Shown here in pieces: positions 38,369 to 48,711 of a stretch of DNA of 64,000 nt. Made by a program: the position numbers and the translations under genes. Source of the DNA: an uncultured Gemmatimonadales bacterium (lineage in GTDB: Bacteria; Gemmatimonadota; Gemmatimonadetes; Longimicrobiales; RSA9); the NCBI GenBank assembly GCA_963798085.1, contig CAWCRS010000008.1:320001-384000 (forward strand), in the 5' to 3' direction. The first letter of the stretch is position 1, and each line of letters starts with the position of its first letter. The notes under the pieces are model-generated. The model saw only the letters and a program-made list of their open reading frames with translations. It did no database searches and was not told where the DNA came from.

Positions 38369-41300
38369 TCAGGACCCGCCTCCGCCGCGCAGCTGCACGG
38401 GCGTGAGGCGGGTCGGCACGGCCGCGGCGCGCTGCAACAGGTCCGCGAACCCGCCTGTCAGCAGCGTGTTGAGCTTGCCCACATCCTCTTCGAGCTGCGC
38501 GCCCAGGGCGTTCAGTTCGCGCTGCTGCGCCTCCGTGGGCGCGGCCAATGCCGCCTGCAATGAGCCATCCAGATCGAGGTAGCGGAACTTCGGCCCGCCG
38601 AAGCCGGGCCGGAAACGCGCGGCCAGCGAATCCAGGCGGGCCGTGACGTCGCTCATCAGCGGCGCGATCGAATCGTGCTGCGCCGCGTTGTTCTTCACGG
38701 ACTCCTGGATTGCCGCCTTCTCCTTCGACATCCCGTCCCACAGGCGGGATGCCGCCATGAAACCGCGCAGCAGCTCCTGCAGGCGCAGCTCAGCCGTGTG
38801 CCGAGCCTCGAGCGCCGGGCGGGGCGCGTTCACCCGCGGATCGGCGCGCACTTCCAGATTCTGCGACGCCGTGGCGCCCGCACCCTCGATGGTGACCGTG
38901 TAGTTGCCGGGCAGCACCCACGGCCCGCGCGGCGGCCCGAACCAGCCCTCATCCTGATCGGTCACGCCATCCACGCGCGCGTAGCGCAGGTCCCAGGAAA
39001 TGCGGTGCACGCCGCGGCTCGCGGATGACGTCAATGTGCGCACGGTCCGGCCCGCCGCATCGGCAATCGTGATGTGCATGCTGTCCGCGTTGTTCGTTGC
39101 CGTGGCGATCGTGTAGGTAATGAGCGCGCCTTCGGGCGGATTGGGTGCGGCGAAGGTACGTGCGCCCGGCATCGGCAGCATACGCTTCATGTACTGCTGC
39201 GTGGCCGCGCGGATGGGCGCGAGCGTGAGCGGCCGGCCCATGGTGGTGGGGTCGCCGTTCTCGATCAGGGTCGCATCATCCAGCACAATGAAGCCTCGCC
39301 CGTGTGTGGCGAGGATCAGGTCGTCGGTCTTCTCGTTGTAGAGCACGTCATCGATGCGCACGCGCGGCACAGTGCCGCGCACCAGCTGCCAGTTGCGGCC
39401 GCCGTTCCAGGTGACGTAGAGGCCGAACTCGGTGCCGGCGAAGAGCAGGTCGCGGTTGCGCGGATGCTCGGCCAGCGCGCGCACCACGGTGCCGGCGGGC
39501 AGGTCGCCGGCAATGGACGTGAAGGAATTGCCGCCATCGGTGCTGCGGAAGATGTACGGCATCATGTCGTCGTCGTAGTGGCCATCGAAGGTGACGTAGG
39601 CGATCTGTGTGCCGAAGCGGGAGAGCAGCACGCGGCTCACCCAGCGCGGCGCGGGCAGCCGGAAGCGGTCGCCGAAGTTACGCCAGGTCTCGCCGCCATC
39701 GGTGGTCATCTGCACGTTGCCGTCATCGGTGCCCACCAGCAGCGTGCCCGCCGCGAGCGGCGACTCGGAGATCGTCGTGATGGTGCCGTACCACTCGATG
39801 CCATCGTCGCGGGACAGGGTAGTCGAGTCGCGGGTCAGGCCCATGATGGGCAGCTTCTTCCAGTCCTGCTGGCGGGACAGGTCGGGCGAGATCACCTTCC
39901 AGGTCAGACCGGCATCGCGCGTCTCGAACAGCCTGTTACCACCGTAATAGATGATGCCCGGATCGTGCGGCGAGCGCAGCTGCGGCGTGTCCCAGTTGAA
40001 GTGGTACTGCTCTTTCGGATCGTCGGGCACGGGACGCACGCCCTGCTCCTCGCGCGTCTGCAGGTCCACGTGGTAGGCGCGGCCGTTCTGCGAGTTGGCG
40101 AACACGTAACGCGGGTTGCGCAGGTCCGCGGTGGCGTAGAAGCCATCGCCGTACGCGGTGTTGATCACGTCGTCGCCGGTGATGCCGATGAGCGCCGCGG
40201 TGCGCGAGGGCATGGCCCAGGAGCCGTTGTCCTGCGCGCCGCCGAACAGCCAGTAGGGGTCGCGCTGATCCACGTCCACGTCGTAGAACTGGCCGATGGG
40301 GATGTTGTTGATGTAGTCCCAGTGGCGCGCGCCATCGTACGTGAAGTGCAGTCCGCCATCGTTGCCCAGCATCATGTGGTCGGGATTTCCGGGGTCGATC
40401 CATAACGCGTGATTATCGACATGGATGCGTTCCGCCGTGCTGTCCGTGGTGAACGTCTTCCCGCCATCAATGGAGAGGTGCACGTTGGTGTCCAGCATCC
40501 ACAGGCGGTCCGGGTGCTGGGGATCCACGCGCAGCTGCGAGTAGTACATGGCGCGCGGATCGAGCGTGCTGGTGCGGCGCCAGGTCGCGCCCCGGTCATC
40601 GGAGCGGAACACGCCGCCGTCATGGTTCTCGATTGCCGCATACACGGTGTTGGGGCTGGAAGCGGCAATGGCGATGCCGATGCGGCCGGTGGGTCCGGCG
40701 GGCAGGCCGTTCGTGAGGCGCTCCCATGTGTCGCCGCCATCCAGCGAGCGCCACAGCCCGCTGCCCGGTCCGCCGCCCACGAAGCCGTAACCGGCGCGGC
40801 GCCGCTGGTAGCTGGCGGCGTAGACAATGCGCCCGTCAGGATCGAGGGCGACGTCGGTCACGCCCGTGTTCTCGTCGATGGTGAGGACCTTCTGCCAGGT
40901 CCGGCCGCCATCCCGCGTGCGATAGAGGCCGCGCTCCGCGTTGGGTCCGAAGAGATGCCCGAGCGCCGCGACGAACACGGTGTTCGGGTCGCGCGGATGG
41001 ATGACAATGCGGCCGATGTGCTGGCTGTCGCGCAGACCCATGAACGTCCAGGTGGTGCCACCGTCGAGCGAACGGTAGACGCCATCGCCCCAGGTCGTGC
41101 TCTGCCGGTTGTTGGGCTCGCCCGTGCCCACCCACACGATGTTGGGATCCGAGGGCGCAATCGCGATGTCGCCGATGGAGATGGAGCCGCCGTACGCGTC
41201 GAAGACGGGCGTCCAGGTCACGCCGTTGTTGAGGCTGCGCCAGACACCGCCGCCGGCGGCGCCGACGAAGATCGTCGTCGGCCGCGAGGGCACGGCCTCG

Positions 41301-41464
41301 ATGTCGTCGATGCGACCGCCGAAGATGGCGGGGCCGAGCTGGCGCCAGCGGAGCTGATCGAGCGCCGGGCGCTGCGCGTCCGGGCCCTGGGCTCGGGCCG
41401 CACCGGCAAAGCTGGCGAGCAATACAAGACAACAGGCGCGGGCGAATGCGCGTTGGGCCGACAT
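38369..41464 (-). CDS. secreted BNR/Asp-box (VPS10/sortilin-like) glycosyl hydrolase-like protein
   Basis: WRQLGP..GGRI; many S.DGG.TW repeats; HVDNHALWIDP; ATHGRG. Confidence 0.88.
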   Translation of the reverse strand: MSAQRAFARACCLVLLASFAGAARAQGPDAQRPALDQLRWRQLGPAIFGGRIDDIEAVPSRPTTIFVGAAGGGVWRSLNNGVTWTPVFDAYGGSISIGDIAIAPSDPNIVWVGTGEPNNRQSTTWGDGVYRSLDGGTTWTFMGLRDSQHIGRIVIHPRDPNTVFVAALGHLFGPNAERGLYRTRDGGRTWQKVLTIDENTGVTDVALDPDGRIVYAASYQRRRAGYGFVGGGPGSGLWRSLDGGDTWERLTNGLPAGPTGRIGIAIAASSPNTVYAAIENHDGGVFRSDDRGATWRRTSTLDPRAMYYSQLRVDPQHPDRLWMLDTNVHLSIDGGKTFTTDSTAERIHVDNHALWIDPGNPDHMMLGNDGGLHFTYDGARHWDYINNIPIGQFYDVDVDQRDPYWLFGGAQDNGSWAMPSRTAALIGITGDDVINTAYGDGFYATADLRNPRYVFANSQNGRAYHVDLQTREEQGVRPVPDDPKEQYHFNWDTPQLRSPHDPGIIYYGGNRLFETRDAGLTWKVISPDLSRQQDWKKLPIMGLTRDSTTLSRDDGIEWYGTITTISESPLAAGTLLVGTDDGNVQMTTDGGETWRNFGDRFRLPAPRWVSRVLLSRFGTQIAYVTFDGHYDDDMMPYIFRSTDGGNSFTSIAGDLPAGTVVRALAEHPRNRDLLFAGTEFGLYVTWNGGRNWQLVRGTVPRVRIDDVLYNEKTDDLILATHGRGFIVLDDATLIENGDPTTMGRPLTLAPIRAATQQYMKRMLPMPGARTFAAPNPPEGALITYTIATATNNADSMHITIADAAGRTVRTLTSSASRGVHRISWDLRYARVDGVTDQDEGWFGPPRGPWVLPGNYTVTIEGAGATASQNLEVRADPRVNAPRPALEARHTAELRLQELLRGFMAASRLWDGMSKEKAAIQESVKNNAAQHDSIAPLMSDVTARLDSLAARFRPGFGGPKFRYLDLDGSLQAALAAPTEAQQRELNALGAQLEEDVGKLNTLLTGGFADLLQRAAAVPTRLTPVQLRGGGGS

Positions 41465-41646
41465 GGCAACTCCGTTCCGGTCTGAATCAGGCAGTCACGC
41501 AGGAATCTCGGCCGCGGGGCGCCCACAGGCAACGCCCGGCCGCGCGCGCCACGCTCGCGGGCGGCGCAGTCCACGCGGCGGGAAGCGGCATTACCGGCCT
41601 TCTGCGGGGCTTTCCCGGGCGGGTCCGCGCGGATTACGATAGCACG

Positions 41647-42525
41647 ATGTTCGAGTCGATTACAGCCACACAGCAGGCGCTTTCCAGCCGCCGCTATTTC
41701 GCCGATGACGCGCTCGCTACCAGCCTGTTCCTGGCGTTGCGCATGGAGAAGGCGCTCTTCCTGGAAGGCGAGCCCGGTGTGGGCAAGACGGAAGTCGCGC
41801 GCGTCGTCGCCGAGCTGCTGGGCACGCCGCTCATCCGGCTGCAATGCTACGAGGGCCTGGACCTGAGCCAGGCCGTCTACGAGTGGAACTATCCGCGCCA
41901 GCTGATCGAGATTCAGTCGCGGGCCGGTCATGTGGCAGGCGACGATGCCACGTCCGACATCTTCAGCGAGAAGTACCTGCTGCGACGGCCTCTGCTGCAG
42001 GCCATCGATCGCAGCCACGAGCGCGCACCCGTGCTGCTCATCGATGAGCTGGATCGCGCGGACGAGGAATTCGAGTCGTTCCTGCTCGAGCTGCTGGCCG
42101 ACTTCCAGATCACGATTCCCGAGCTGGGCACGCTGCACGCCGAGCACCGGCCGCTGACGTTCATCACGTCGAACCGCACGCGCGAGATCCACGACGCGCT
42201 CAAGCGCCGCTGCATTTACCACTGGATCGATTACCCATCCGCGGAGCTGGAACTCGAGATCATCCTGGCGAAGGTGCCGGAAGCGCCGGCAGCGCTGGCC
42301 CGGCAGGTGGTGGCCTTCGTGCAGCGGCTGCGCCAGGAGGAGCTGTACAAGCGGCCGGGCGTCGCGGAATCGCTGGACTGGGCGCGCGCGCTCGTGCACC
42401 TGAGCGTGACCCGCCTCGATGCCGCGTCGATCGAGCGTACCCTGGGTCTGCTGCTCAAGTACCAGGACGATGTCGTGCAGACACGCGGGGGCGTGCTGGA
42501 GCGGTTGCTGGAGGCGTCGCGTTGA
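41647..42525 (+). CDS. coxD: CoxD-type MoxR AAA+ ATPase
   Basis: LEGEPGVGKT, LIRLQCYEGLD, LLIDELDRADEEFE, TSNRTREIHDALKRRC. Confidence 0.88.
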   Translation: MFESITATQQALSSRRYFADDALATSLFLALRMEKALFLEGEPGVGKTEVARVVAELLGTPLIRLQCYEGLDLSQAVYEWNYPRQLIEIQSRAGHVAGDDATSDIFSEKYLLRRPLLQAIDRSHERAPVLLIDELDRADEEFESFLLELLADFQITIPELGTLHAEHRPLTFITSNRTREIHDALKRRCIYHWIDYPSAELELEIILAKVPEAPAALARQVVAFVQRLRQEELYKRPGVAESLDWARALVHLSVTRLDAASIERTLGLLLKYQDDVVQTRGGVLERLLEASR

Positions 42526-42548
42526 ATGGCCGCTAATCAGGTGTTGGG

Positions 42549-43757
42549 ATGAGCGGGATCGAGGGTGGGAGGCTGCTGGGGAACCTGGTCTCGTTCGGAC
42601 GGGTGCTGCGGGCGGCCGGGCTGCCGGTGACCGTGCAGCAGATGGCGGACCTCGCGCGGGCGCTGGACTGGATCGACATTGGCGATGCCGCGCAATTCCG
42701 CCACGCGGCCAGGGCGCTGCTGGTGACGCGGCGGGAAGATCTCGCGCTCTTCGATCTGGTGTTCGGGCGGTTCTTCCGGGTGGCAGGCGACGACGCAGCG
42801 CATTGTCCGCAGCGCGTGCCGCCGGCGCCGCGGCACGATCCGGTGGCGCAGGGCCGCTTCACCATCGTCAACTACATGGCGTACCGCGCGCGGCAGGCCG
42901 AGCAGGAACTGAACGTGGCGGACCGCAGCGGCACGTGGACCGACATTGAGCAGCTGCGCAGCAAGCGCTTCGCCGATATGACTCCGGAGGAGCTGGACGC
43001 GGTTGCCCGCCTGCTGCGCGAGATGCGCTGGAGCGTGGCGCTGCGGCGCAGCCGCCGACAGCGGCGCGATGCGGCTGGGCGCGCGCTGGACTTCCGGCGC
43101 GTGCTGCGCCAGGCCAGCCGGCTGGGCGCGCTGCCTGCCCGCCTGCCCCATCGCCGGCGCATCGACAAGCGGCGGCCCCTTATCCTGATCGCGGACATCT
43201 CCGGCAGCATGGAGAAGTACTCGCGGCTGGTGCTGCAGTTCTTCCACTCCGCCGTGCGCGCACTGCCGAATGTCGAGGCGTTCGTGTTCGGGACTCGCCT
43301 CTCACGCATCACGCCACAACTGCGGTTGCGCAATATCGATCGCGCGCTCGATGAGGCCGCACACGAAGTGGTGGATTGGGCGGGCGGCACGCGCATTGGC
43401 GACTGCCTGCGCGCGTTCAACCGGCAGTGGAGCCGGCGCGTGCTGCGGCGAGGCGCGGTAGTGGCGATCCTGAGCGATGGCTGCGATCGCGGCGAGCCGG
43501 CGCTGCTGCGGCGCGAGTTGCGCTGGCTGCAACATCACTGCTATCGCCTGGTCTGGCTGAACCCGCACCTGCTGCACCCGGAGTACCGGCCCATCGTGAG
43601 CGGCATGGCGGCGGCGCTCGAGTTCGTCGATGACTTCCTGCCCGTGGATGACCTGTCGTCGCTGGCCGCGTTCGCGCGTGCGCTGGGCACACTGAGCGCA
43701 CGCGGCCGCCGGCCAGCGCCCCGGCTGATGCGCGCGTTAACGCGATCAGCCGCCTGA
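42549..43757 (+). CDS. coxE: CoxE-type VWA domain protein
   Basis: DISGSMEKYSR MIDAS, EAFVFGTRL, WAGGTRIG, ILSDG, WLNP. Confidence 0.88.
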   Translation: MSGIEGGRLLGNLVSFGRVLRAAGLPVTVQQMADLARALDWIDIGDAAQFRHAARALLVTRREDLALFDLVFGRFFRVAGDDAAHCPQRVPPAPRHDPVAQGRFTIVNYMAYRARQAEQELNVADRSGTWTDIEQLRSKRFADMTPEELDAVARLLREMRWSVALRRSRRQRRDAAGRALDFRRVLRQASRLGALPARLPHRRRIDKRRPLILIADISGSMEKYSRLVLQFFHSAVRALPNVEAFVFGTRLSRITPQLRLRNIDRALDEAAHEVVDWAGGTRIGDCLRAFNRQWSRRVLRRGAVVAILSDGCDRGEPALLRRELRWLQHHCYRLVWLNPHLLHPEYRPIVSGMAAALEFVDDFLPVDDLSSLAAFARALGTLSARGRRPAPRLMRALTRSAA

Positions 43758-44561
43758 GCCTGAGCCAGGCCCGCCTGCGGGCGCGCCGTGCGCCGCGGCG
43801 GAGCGGTGAACCAGGTCGCGCAACACCGTCAACTCGTGTTCGGTGATGGGCGGTGTGATGGCCAGCGGATGGCGCACGCGCAGCGGCCAGCCGGTCGCGG
43901 CGATTGCCGCATCGACCGTGACGCCCGGGTGCAGCGTGGTCAGCTCCAGCTCGCGCGTCACGGGATGCGGTTCGAGCACGCCCAGGTCCGTGATCACGCG
44001 GGAGGGTCCACCGCCGCGCAGGCCCGCGCGCGTCCGCGCGTCGCCGCCATTGAGGAAGCCGGCACTGGTGATGAAGTCGACGCGCTCGACGAGGGTGCGG
44101 GTGCTGTGTCGCACGATCACGAAAACCTCGCGGGCGTGTGCCGCGATTTCCGGCGCGCCGCCGCCGCCCGGCAGGCGGACACGCGGCGAGTCGTACGGAC
44201 CGATCACGGTCGTGTTGATGTTGGCGAAGCGGTCGAGCTGCGCCGCGCCCAGGAAGCCCACGTCAATGCGGCCGGCCTGCAGCCAGTAGGCGAAGATCTC
44301 GGGCACGGAGACGACCTCGTCGGCGGTCTCGGCCAGCTCCGCATCACCAATGGACAGCGGCAGCACGTCCGGCTTCGCCCCGATCGTGCCCGACTCGTAG
44401 ATCAGCAGCAGGTCGGGCGCGTGCAGGCGTCTGGCCAGGTTGGCGGCAATGCTGGGCAGGCCGATGCCGACGAACACCAACATGCCGTTAGTGAGCGCGC
44501 GGGCCGCCACGATGCTCATCACCTCGTCCGCCGACGGCTGGAGCCGATCGCTTTCACTCAT
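43746..44561 (-). CDS. CoA-transferase beta subunit (3-oxoadipate/glutaconate CoA-transferase type)
   Basis: FVGIGLP, LIYESG, GFLGAAQLD..NINTT, RLPGGGGAPE, VITDLG. Confidence 0.9.
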   Translation of the reverse strand: MSESDRLQPSADEVMSIVAARALTNGMLVFVGIGLPSIAANLARRLHAPDLLLIYESGTIGAKPDVLPLSIGDAELAETADEVVSVPEIFAYWLQAGRIDVGFLGAAQLDRFANINTTVIGPYDSPRVRLPGGGGAPEIAAHAREVFVIVRHSTRTLVERVDFITSAGFLNGGDARTRAGLRGGGPSRVITDLGVLEPHPVTRELELTTLHPGVTVDAAIAATGWPLRVRHPLAITPPITEHELTVLRDLVHRSAAAHGAPAGGPGSGSGG

Positions 44562-45399
44562 CGGCGAGGCTGGCCAGGAAGCCGGCATGGTCACGGGTGC
44601 CGTGGATGTGCCGGTCGACCCAAGCCGTGAACACGTCACGCTCGCGGGAAATGCGGTCCCACGCGTGGTAGAACGCGTCGTCGCGCCTGGTATAGTCCTG
44701 CGTGTACGAGGGCCAGGCGCCGTTGGGCACCTCGCACACTGCCGTGATCACCGCGGCCGGCAGGATCACATTGCCAGGCACGCGCGTCAGACGGTCCACG
44801 ATTTCCTCCACGGTGACCAGCACGCGGCTCGCCGCGAGCGCGGCCTCTTTCTGCAGCGCGGTGATGCCCCAGAGCTGGATGTTGCCCGGGCGGTCGGCGC
44901 GCTGCGCGTGGATCACGGCCACATCCGGCCTGTGTGCGGCCACGGCCGTGAGGCGTTCGCCCGTGAACGGGCACACGATCTCGCGGAGCTGCGCGCTATG
45001 GCGAGGCGTGTCCGTGCCGGTGGCCGCGCGCAGTGTGCCGAAAGGCAATCCCGAAGCGCCGGCCACGTAGGCTGCGGCCATGGTGGCGTGCGTGTGCTCG
45101 GACAGCTCGAGCCGCGAGGGCCAGCCGCGCTCGACGGCATCGCGGAAGCGGTAGAGAGAGCCCACGCCGGGATTGCCGCCCCAGGAGAAGACGAGACGGC
45201 GTGCCGCGCCCACGCCGATGAGCTGATCGTAGATGATGTCCGGTGTCAGCCGCAGCAGGGTCAGGTCGCGGCGTCGCTGCCGGATGATCTCGTGTCCGGC
45301 AGCGAAGGGAATCAGGTGCGTGAAGCCTTCCAGCGCCAGCGTGTCGCCGTCGTGGATCAGCTCCGCGACTGCATCCGCGAGTGAGGCAATCGTCGCCAA
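44554..45399 (-). CDS. CoA-transferase alpha subunit (3-oxoadipate/glutaconate CoA-transferase type)
   Basis: EGFTHLIPFAAGHEIIRQ, SWGGNPGVGSL, GASGLPF, IHAQRAD..GN. Confidence 0.9.
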   Translation of the reverse strand: MATIASLADAVAELIHDGDTLALEGFTHLIPFAAGHEIIRQRRRDLTLLRLTPDIIYDQLIGVGAARRLVFSWGGNPGVGSLYRFRDAVERGWPSRLELSEHTHATMAAAYVAGASGLPFGTLRAATGTDTPRHSAQLREIVCPFTGERLTAVAAHRPDVAVIHAQRADRPGNIQLWGITALQKEAALAASRVLVTVEEIVDRLTRVPGNVILPAAVITAVCEVPNGAWPSYTQDYTRRDDAFYHAWDRISRERDVFTAWVDRHIHGTRDHAGFLASLADE

Positions 45400-45440
45400 G
45401 GTAAGGAAGTGTTTGGCCGCCGCGGGTAGCCGGCCGCCGT

Positions 45441-46064
45441 TCAGCGCCTGGACTGCGCCGCGCGGGCGGTGCCACGGCGGGCGCCGTCATCGCTGGCCGG
45501 GCGCGTCGTCGTGGTCGCCGGCACGTGCTGCAGGGTCTGCTCGTGCGCCTCGACGAACCAGAGCCACTTGTCGATGCCGCGCGAGATTTCCGTGAGAATG
45601 TCCGCGCCATCCGCATCGCCCAGGTCCTGCAGCTCATCGATGCCCAGGCGTACGCTGCGGCCGAAAGTCGACAGCGCAATTCCCAGCGCTCCGACATGAT
45701 CCTCGCCCGCGCTCAGCGTGAGCGGGTAGGGTGGCAGCGTGGTGTTCTGCGCCACCACGCCCACGGTGCCCGCGGCCACGCCGCCCAGCTGCACGATGCG
45801 CTCGGCAATCAGGTCGATGTACTCCTCGACCTCCTCGTTGATCTCGTCGAAGAGCTTGTGCAGCGCGATGAAGTTGGGGCCCTTCACATTCCAGTGCGCC
45901 TGCTTGCACTGGGTCTGCAGGTCGATGCAATCGGCCAGCCGCTGATTCAGCAGAGGCGCAACTTCGGCGCGTACGGATGCGGGCAGATCATTGCGAGTGG
46001 TAAACGGCGTCGCCGCACTGCTGGCGTTGCGCGCTGCCTGTCCCCGACGGGTTGTTTCAGCCAT
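45441..46064 (-). CDS. dps: DNA starvation/stationary phase protection protein Dps
   Basis: KQAHWNVKGPNFIALHKLFDE, DLIAERIVQLGG, DKWLWFVEAH. Confidence 0.95.
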   Translation of the reverse strand: MAETTRRGQAARNASSAATPFTTRNDLPASVRAEVAPLLNQRLADCIDLQTQCKQAHWNVKGPNFIALHKLFDEINEEVEEYIDLIAERIVQLGGVAAGTVGVVAQNTTLPPYPLTLSAGEDHVGALGIALSTFGRSVRLGIDELQDLGDADGADILTEISRGIDKWLWFVEAHEQTLQHVPATTTTRPASDDGARRGTARAAQSRR

Positions 46065-46217
46065 GAGATGTTCCTCCGACAAAACGAGATTGACGGACGG
46101 GCCCGGCGACCGCCGGCGCCCGTCACCGCCACACGGCGGACGCGCGCAAGGTATGCGCCACCCGGCGCTGCGCACATCCCCAATGCTGGTAGTTTCAGTA
46201 TACCCCGGAAGGAGTAG

Positions 46218-46871
46218 TCAGGAGCGGGCCCGCACCAGCACGCCGTCCATCAGCGCCTGCGTGAAGCGCAGCTCATCGGCATTCACGGTGTGGCCCATGC
46301 CGGCGTAGATGCGCTTCGTCACGGTCGCGCCCATGCGCTCGAACACGGCCGCGCTCTCCTCCACGCGCTGTTCCGGGATGTGCGGATCGATGTCGCTGCA
46401 ACCGAGGAACACGGCCGCGCCAGCGAAATCGCCCGCCTGATTCCAGGTGGTGCCCGCCGGCCCGATCAGGCCGCCACTGTACAGGATGAGGCCGCCCAGC
46501 GGGCCCGCGTGGCGCACGGCGAACTCGCCCGACAGGCAGGCGCCCTGGGAGAAGCCGAGCAGCATGATCTGCTCGCGCAGAACGCCGGCGGCGATGACGT
46601 CGTCCAGAGTCTGCTCCAGCACACTCAGTGCGGAGGACAGGAACGGCTCGTTGCTCGCGATCTCGCTCATGAAGCCGTTCGGGTACCAGGTGTTTCCCGC
46701 AGCGGAAGGCGCGAGGTACGTGAAGGCGGGCCGGTTCAGCGCGTCGCACAGATCCAGGATGTTGCGGGCCGAGGCATTGCGGCCGTGCACCATGATCATG
46801 ACCGGGCTGCTGCCCAGCGGCGGGCCCGCACTAACAAGCGGTTGGCCGGCGTGCGGTCCGCGGGCGCTCAT
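46218..46871 (-). CDS. phospholipase/carboxylesterase (MhqD-like)
   Basis: MVHGR, TWYP, LLGFSQGACL, DPHIP, MGHTV; start overlaps dioxygenase stop. Confidence 0.88.
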   Translation of the reverse strand: MSARGPHAGQPLVSAGPPLGSSPVMIMVHGRNASARNILDLCDALNRPAFTYLAPSAAGNTWYPNGFMSEIASNEPFLSSALSVLEQTLDDVIAAGVLREQIMLLGFSQGACLSGEFAVRHAGPLGGLILYSGGLIGPAGTTWNQAGDFAGAAVFLGCSDIDPHIPEQRVEESAAVFERMGATVTKRIYAGMGHTVNADELRFTQALMDGVLVRARS

Positions 46872-47812
46872 GGCTGGATGATTCCGGGCAGATGGCTCTC
46901 GATGGCCGCGCGGTGCGGCTCCTCCCACGGTGGCAGCTTCAGCTCGCGACCCAGCAGATCCAGCTCCTCGTCGATCGTGAAGCCCGGCGGCACGGTCGCG
47001 ATCTCGTAGAGTACGCCGCCCGGCTCGCGGAAATAGATGGAGCGGAAATACTGCCGGTCGCGCACTTCCGTGACGCGGTACCCGAGACGCAACAGCTCCT
47101 CGCGGTAGCGCAGCTGCTCCGCCTCACCGGTGATGGCCATCGCGACGTGGTGTACGGTGCCCAGCCCGTTGACTGCCGCAGGCGAGTCCGGTGAGGCGAC
47201 GATCTCGAGGTAGCGACCCGGCGCGTCACCGTTCACCGCCACACGCGTGCGCGCGCCCTCTTCATTCACGACAGTGAATCCGAGCACCTCGGTGAGCAGC
47301 TGCAGTGTGCGCGCCGGTTCGCGCACGAGCAGGCGCACGCCGTGCAGCCCGCGGATCGCCTCGCCTGCGCCAATGCCGGGCGCGACCCACGGCGAGCGCG
47401 TGTCGCCTGTCGTGCCCACCAGCTCGATCACGAGATCGGATGGATCACGGATCTCGAGCGTTTCCTCGCCGAAGGGACTGGCGGCCTCGCGGAACGTGAT
47501 GCCCTGACCGCGCAGCCGCGCGCGCCAGACATCCAGCGACGTCGCCGGGACAGAAAACGACGTTACCGTGATCTGACCCGCGCCTTTCGTTCCCACCGGT
47601 ACACCCCAACCCTTGTACGGGAACGTGGTCATGATCGTCGATGGAGCACCGCGCTCATCACCGTAGTAGAAGTGATAGACGTTGTGATTGTCGAAGTTGA
47701 CCGTCTTCTTCACCAGCCGCAGGCCGAGCAGGCTCCCGTAGAAGTCGAGATCCTGCTGCGCGTCGTTCACGGTGGCGGTGACGTGGTGCAGACTGCGAAT
47801 CGGATTCTCCAT
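46868..47812 (-). CDS. ring-cleaving dioxygenase (MhqO/MhqA-like VOC)
   Basis: LHHVTA, LGLRLVKKTVNFD, YHFYYG, GTVHHVA, DRQYFRSIYFREPGGVLYEIAT. Confidence 0.92.
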   Translation of the reverse strand: MENPIRSLHHVTATVNDAQQDLDFYGSLLGLRLVKKTVNFDNHNVYHFYYGDERGAPSTIMTTFPYKGWGVPVGTKGAGQITVTSFSVPATSLDVWRARLRGQGITFREAASPFGEETLEIRDPSDLVIELVGTTGDTRSPWVAPGIGAGEAIRGLHGVRLLVREPARTLQLLTEVLGFTVVNEEGARTRVAVNGDAPGRYLEIVASPDSPAAVNGLGTVHHVAMAITGEAEQLRYREELLRLGYRVTEVRDRQYFRSIYFREPGGVLYEIATVPPGFTIDEELDLLGRELKLPPWEEPHRAAIESHLPGIIQP

Positions 47813-48036
47813 GTATCCTCGGCGACGGGTATGCAGGCGCTACGATAGGCGGACGTCAGGACCGGCGCCATGGCGGGAGGATCCGGGTGGGGCGCCGCGA
47901 CCGCCGGAGGGAACAATCCCGTGTTCGCACGGACTGGACAGTCGGGGGTTACGCGCACGCGCACCGGATGGTACGCTCATGGCGGCGGCGCGGCCGCGTC
48001 TCCAGATTGCCCAGAGATTCCGCTGGAGTGTTTGCC

Positions 48037-48696
48037 ATGAAGATCAGCGGTGAGCACACGTTTGATGGTCCCCAGTCGCTCGTCTGGGAAATGCTGCTCG
48101 ATCCCACCGTGCTGGCCCGCGTGCTGCCCGGCGCCGAGAAGCTCGAGCGCACGGGCGAGAACGAATTCGAGGGCGCACTGCGCATGAAGGTTGGTCCCGT
48201 GCAGGGCGATTTCCAGGGCAAAGTCAAACTCGAGAACATCGACGCACCCAACGGCTACACCATGCTGGTCGACGGCCGCGGCGCGATGGGTTTCGTGAAA
48301 GCGACCGGCAACCTCAAGCTCTCACCCGATGGCGAGCGCACGCACCTCGTCTATGATGGCGATGCGCAGGTGGGCGGCCGTCTGGCCGCGGTGGGCCAGC
48401 GTCTCGTGGAAAGCTCGGCGCGCGCCATCATTGCGCAGAGCCTCGAAGGACTCAACGCGGCGGTGAAAGCGAATGTCGCGGCGCGCTCGGCGGGCGCTGC
48501 CGGCGGCAGTGCCGCGGCTGACGCGGGCAATGGCAGCGTGCACCAGTTCGAATACCAGAAGCCGACGCAGGCGCAGTTCGCCGCGGGTGTGGCGCGCCAG
48601 GTCGCAAAGGACCTGATCCCGCCGCCACTGCTGTGGTCGCTGATCGCGATCGGCGGCATCCTCTTGCTCTATTTGATCTACAAGCTGGCGACCTGA
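48037..48696 (+). CDS. coxG: CoxG (SRPBCC domain) with C-terminal membrane anchor
   Basis: VWEMLLDP.VL...LPG, KVGPVQG, VGGRLAAVGQRL; hydrophobic C-tail LLWSLIAIGGILLLYLIY. Confidence 0.88.
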   Translation: MKISGEHTFDGPQSLVWEMLLDPTVLARVLPGAEKLERTGENEFEGALRMKVGPVQGDFQGKVKLENIDAPNGYTMLVDGRGAMGFVKATGNLKLSPDGERTHLVYDGDAQVGGRLAAVGQRLVESSARAIIAQSLEGLNAAVKANVAARSAGAAGGSAAADAGNGSVHQFEYQKPTQAQFAAGVARQVAKDLIPPPLLWSLIAIGGILLLYLIYKLAT

Positions 48697-48711
48697 ACGG
48701 GAGGGGGACAC

